A program made the translations under genes and the position numbers. DNA of 63,744 nucleotides, counting the filler, from Reticulomyxa filosa (Eukaryota > Protista > Foraminifera), in NCBI GenBank assembly GCA_000512085.1. It is 23 parts of 23 records of this genome, joined end to end, with 100 filler letters (N's around TTAATTAATTAA, not from the genome) between each part and the next. Parts side by side here need not be neighbours in the genome. Positions count along the whole stretch, not along the records: positions 62,691 to 63,744 come from ASPP01048496.1; 22 more parts are not named here. One strand, written 5' to 3'. The notes under the pieces are model-generated. The model searched no databases. It was not told the origin of the DNA and worked only from the letters and a program-made list of their open reading frames with translations. This document shows, piece by piece, positions 63,032-63,744 of the stretch (positions are counted from its first letter, which is position 1; every line of letters starts with the position of its first letter).

Positions 63032-63744
63032 TTATTTTTCAATTGTGATTTGCTTTTGAGCTTTTTGCATACCATCACCTAATTGATGTAAAAACACACA
63101 CAATGGACGAGACATTATAGCAACAATCATTTTTGTAGATTGTTCTTTCATTTTTTGTTGTTTTTTAATGTCGTCAATAGTAAGATCTTCACAAAAATAT
63201 TCCAATGAATCAATATCAAATGGGTTAATACCATCAATGGCTTCCAAACGACTACGAATATCTTTATTAAAATTGCCACCTCTTCTGCATAAATGGATAG
63301 CTTTGTTAACTCCAATAGTTTGCAAAGGCTGGGCTAAGGTTCCTAAACTGGAAGAGCGCAAAAGAGTTTCTAATGTAATTTCAGTATTGAATTTAAGAGA
63401 AAACCATTGTTCTAAAATATTGATATCTTTTGCAATATTGACAAGACCAGCATAATTAACAACTAATCCTTGTTGGAATTTCTCATAAACTTGGAAAAAT
63501 TCTTTGACAGCATCAGCACTTCGTAAACCTGTTTTTTTTAAAATTTCAGACAAATTATCTTGAAGTTTATCTTTCTCTTTGATAATATCATCAATTTCTT
63601 TTTCAATTTCTTTCATTTCGTCATTAGTTTTTTTGATAAGATCATTTTTTTGTTTTTCCAAAGTTTCGATTTCTGTATTTAAGGTAATAATTTTTTTATC
63701 ATTTTCCTGTTGTTTTTTTACAGCTTTCTCTCTTTTGGCTTCAA
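63032..63744 (-). CDS. Hypothetical protein C-terminus: coiled coil plus small globular domain (5' partial)
   Basis: Intronless AT-rich frame of over 230 codons, open to the window end. Confidence 0.65.
   Translation of the reverse strand, partial: EAKREKAVKKQQENDKKIITLNTEIETLEKQKNDLIKKTNDEMKEIEKEIDDIIKEKDKLQDNLSEILKKTGLRSADAVKEFFQVYEKFQQGLVVNYAGLVNIAKDINILEQWFSLKFNTEITLETLLRSSSLGTLAQPLQTIGVNKAIHLCRRGGNFNKDIRSRLEAIDGINPFDIDSLEYFCEDLTIDDIKKQQKMKEQSTKMIVAIMSRPLCVFLHQLGDGMQKAQKQITIEK

Noticed and set aside
63032-63744. Viral origin of the intronless coiled-coil ORF
   Set aside because: No viral hallmark motif is visible, and composition alone is insufficient.

Overview
This window is not one locus. 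It is a concatenation of 23 short draft-assembly contigs joined by 22 artificial ~100-nt linkers (N-run + TTAATTAATTAA + N-run), so adjacency across a linker has no biological meaning. Most contigs come from an AT-rich, intron-rich, microsatellite-rich protist. The gene families and intron style resemble a rhizarian/foraminiferan such as Reticulomyxa (inference). Recognisable eukaryotic genes, mostly partial: cullin, TPR protein, cAMP-receptor-like GPCR, ammonium transporter fused to ankyrin repeats, BIRC6-type UBC domain, P2X receptor, GH3 glycosidase, a degenerate membrane nucleotidyl cyclase, a 1389-aa HEAT-ankyrin protein with a possible CE-clan protease-like tail, a Kelch-like+WD40 fusion, an ABCB10/MDL1-like half transporter, a divergent G-alpha and an EF-hand membrane protein. 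There is also a decayed tRNA-Arg, a TRP-channel-like pseudogene between direct repeats, and non-LTR retrotransposon remnants. Two GC-rich contigs are bacterial: 12080-13458 (hemH-hemJ with a convergent LysR gene) and 17128-18507. The second carries a class III cyclase 3' end, a near-perfect Zur box, and an uncharacterised His/Cys-rich protein with two tandem HemS/ChuX-like domains, which is the best candidate here for an undescribed system. All family calls come from motif recognition by eye; no searches were run.
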